A DNA stretch of 64,000 nt, taken from the NCBI GenBank assembly GCA_015680685.1, contig MNCI01002011.1, forward strand, positions 380,307 through 444,306, read 5' to 3'. Position 1 is the stretch's first letter, and each line of letters opens with the position of its first letter. The DNA is from Gnetum montanum. Its lineage: Eukaryota > Plantae > Gnetophyta. The translations under genes and the position numbers were made by a program. Shown piece after piece: positions 61,995-64,000 of this stretch. The notes under the pieces were generated by a model that worked only from the letters and a program-made list of their open reading frames with translations, did not search any database and was not told the origin of the DNA.

Positions 61995-64000
61995 TGATGA
62001 GTGGCGAGGTATCCCTACACTCAACCATACGAAACGAGCGTAGCATGCGCGATCCGGTCGAACTCCACAGACTAAATGCCTAAATGCTGCAGGGAACACT
62101 TGGGGTTAATTAGTCGTTGTCTTCCCAGGCTTGCTTGTATGTGTCACGGTGTATGGTTAAGCAAGTCTGAGGTATATGATTTTTTTGGTATTTTACAGAT
62201 TTATCTCCTATGCTAAACGGTGAAGGGCTGAGAAACTAAAACTAATTCTAACTACAACACTAAGTCCTAGCATCAGCATCCATTCCCACTTGCCATACAC
62301 ACGTTGAACTGTGCAACTATGGCTACCAAACGCTAATCGTTACTGGGATTACCACACGTAACGCACGTGCTCGAAGCGATCGTACTGAGGCACCTAACTA
62401 ATCTAAGTGTGACAAGCAGCCGATTCCTTGGCTAGCCGTACACATTCATCAACACTCGTAACCAAGTCGTACTCATGCCGCGTTACTAGGAAAGCAATAA
62501 ATAACATTAATTAAACCTATCCATGCACTGCAAGGTTTATCCACAAAGCTCGTCTTTATTGCCGTACACAACTTGCGTTTAGGTACAAAGTTGCTCGAAT
62601 AAAGAACCGTTCACTTGGGGGACTCCTATTGCGGGCACATGGAAAATATTCTATCTCTGGGGTGATCAATCCGCCAGAGCTTCACTACTTTACGCCTATG
62701 ATTAGCAAATGAGGGGAGTGCTGCCTCTTATTTATAGATTCGACGGCGGACTGCGATATCGCAGGGAACGATGCGATATCGCGTACGCGATATTGCAGGG
62801 GATGCGATATCGCGACTTGTGCATATCACGTCTCATCATACCCCCATGACTGAATGAAAACTCGTCCTCGAGTTCTTTACAATAATATCAGGTAGGTATG
62901 GGATTATTGAGGGGAATGGAACTAATGGAATGACATGTGAACGGTTCATTATTACAAGACTTGACAAGAATGGTGTTCATGACAACAAGGTTGAACACCT
63001 TATTACAATGACATCAGGCCGCATTTGGCAGCTGAGAGAAAAGAGGAGAGAGAAGAGAAGAGAAGAAGAGAGAAGAGTCTTATTACTGCCAACGCCTAGA
63101 TTACGCCTTCTGTTGTCCATCCGTAAGCGCATCATCCATTCTACTCCTTGCATAGCTACTTCAGCGCTGCTCCATTCCAAGTGTTTGCTCCAAATCCGGT
63201 TCGTTGTTGTATGATTGCCATCTGCACACATAACACAAGCATATATTAGCAAGGGTAATTGAATCATTAAGTAATTAATACCTTGCTTCGGTGTAACTCA
63301 TTGGCTAGGTTGTGGTATGGCTGATATGGGTCTGGGAAAATGTAGCTGATGACTACCGAAGGTGTAGGGGTTAGGAAGAGAAACGAAAAAATTCGGGGCT
63401 TAGGAGAAAAACTGAAAAATCAGGCCCTGTACCCCCATGACTAATCGCGAATCTCCGGTAGCGGTAGAATGGAGAAAGAAAAGGAGTAAGAAAGATAGGT
63501 AAAAAGGGACAATTATGGCATCGATGAAATGGATGTCAAAATGGTAATGGTAATGAACAAAATAATAATTAATTGCAAAATGTTAAGGAAAAGAAGGTAA
63601 CTAATGCTCCAAATAGGAATGTCAGTGGGTCCTCCCCAAAGCAGGCTCATGCCCTTAATGCCCTGACAAATACCACATTCAAAGAGTCCGTAGGCTCTGG
63701 GAATGTCATTTGGAACAAGAGTTAAAGTCGTAACCGCTAGAAGTTACCAAAAAGAAAATAAAGCATCAACCAAAATATATACACTAATGATACAATCGGC
63801 AATGAATAATGGAGAGAAGGATGGAGAGAAGAGAAGTGGAATGGAATCCCAAGAACAAGGTGGTTATGATTAATGTGACTTGGCAAATCTCATTCCAACT
63901 CCGGCTCAAACCAACCACTTCCAGTGACTTCACATCAATGCATTTGGCTAACCATCCGCTTGGATAACAAGGATGCATCTTCGAAGAGCCACCACCATTC
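61995..64000 (-). mobile_element. Younger Athila-type element: 3' LTR 61995-62838, PPT 62839-62851, internal region running off the window
   Basis: TGATGAG...CTCATCA; AGTCATGGGGGTA abuts the LTR on the minus strand; CpGs retained. Confidence 0.88.

Noticed and set aside
61994-62060. Hammerhead-like CTGATGAG...CGAAAC at LTR ends (retrozyme idea)
   Set aside because: The C is flanking DNA outside the LTR, most copies read GAAT rather than GAAA, and stems I and III do not form; TGATGAG is simply the LTR terminal inverted repeat.

Overview
AT-rich, repeat-dominated land-plant nuclear DNA; species not determinable, and a seed-free plant is only a guess. Three single-N scaffold joins lie at 14506, 59835 and 59900. 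Two host genes are supportable: a 5-coding-exon plastid glucose-6-phosphate/phosphate translocator (GPT, 15609-17437, +) and an intronless, very GC-rich receptor-like cytoplasmic pseudokinase resembling LysM-RLK kinase domains (36062-37366, +). The rest is nested transposon debris. Ten complete or partial LTRs belong to one Athila-type Ty3/gypsy family with TGATGA...TCATCA ends: five solo LTRs with 5-bp TSDs, the two LTRs of a gag-only element, two 3' LTRs with internal sequence, and one edge fragment. Also present are a decayed gypsy element with a tRNA-iMet PBS, a Tekay-like solo LTR, three RTE-like and one L1-like LINE remnants, four tRNA-SINE-like copies, a Tourist-like MITE and a probable Helitron 3' end. 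The most interesting signal is a ~120-nt stem-loop in the R region of the Athila-type LTRs. It buries the AATAAA signal and keeps its architecture by compensatory changes across diverged subfamilies. A covarying U5 terminal hairpin and exchangeable palindromic U3 modules accompany it. All structure and family calls were made by eye, without computation.
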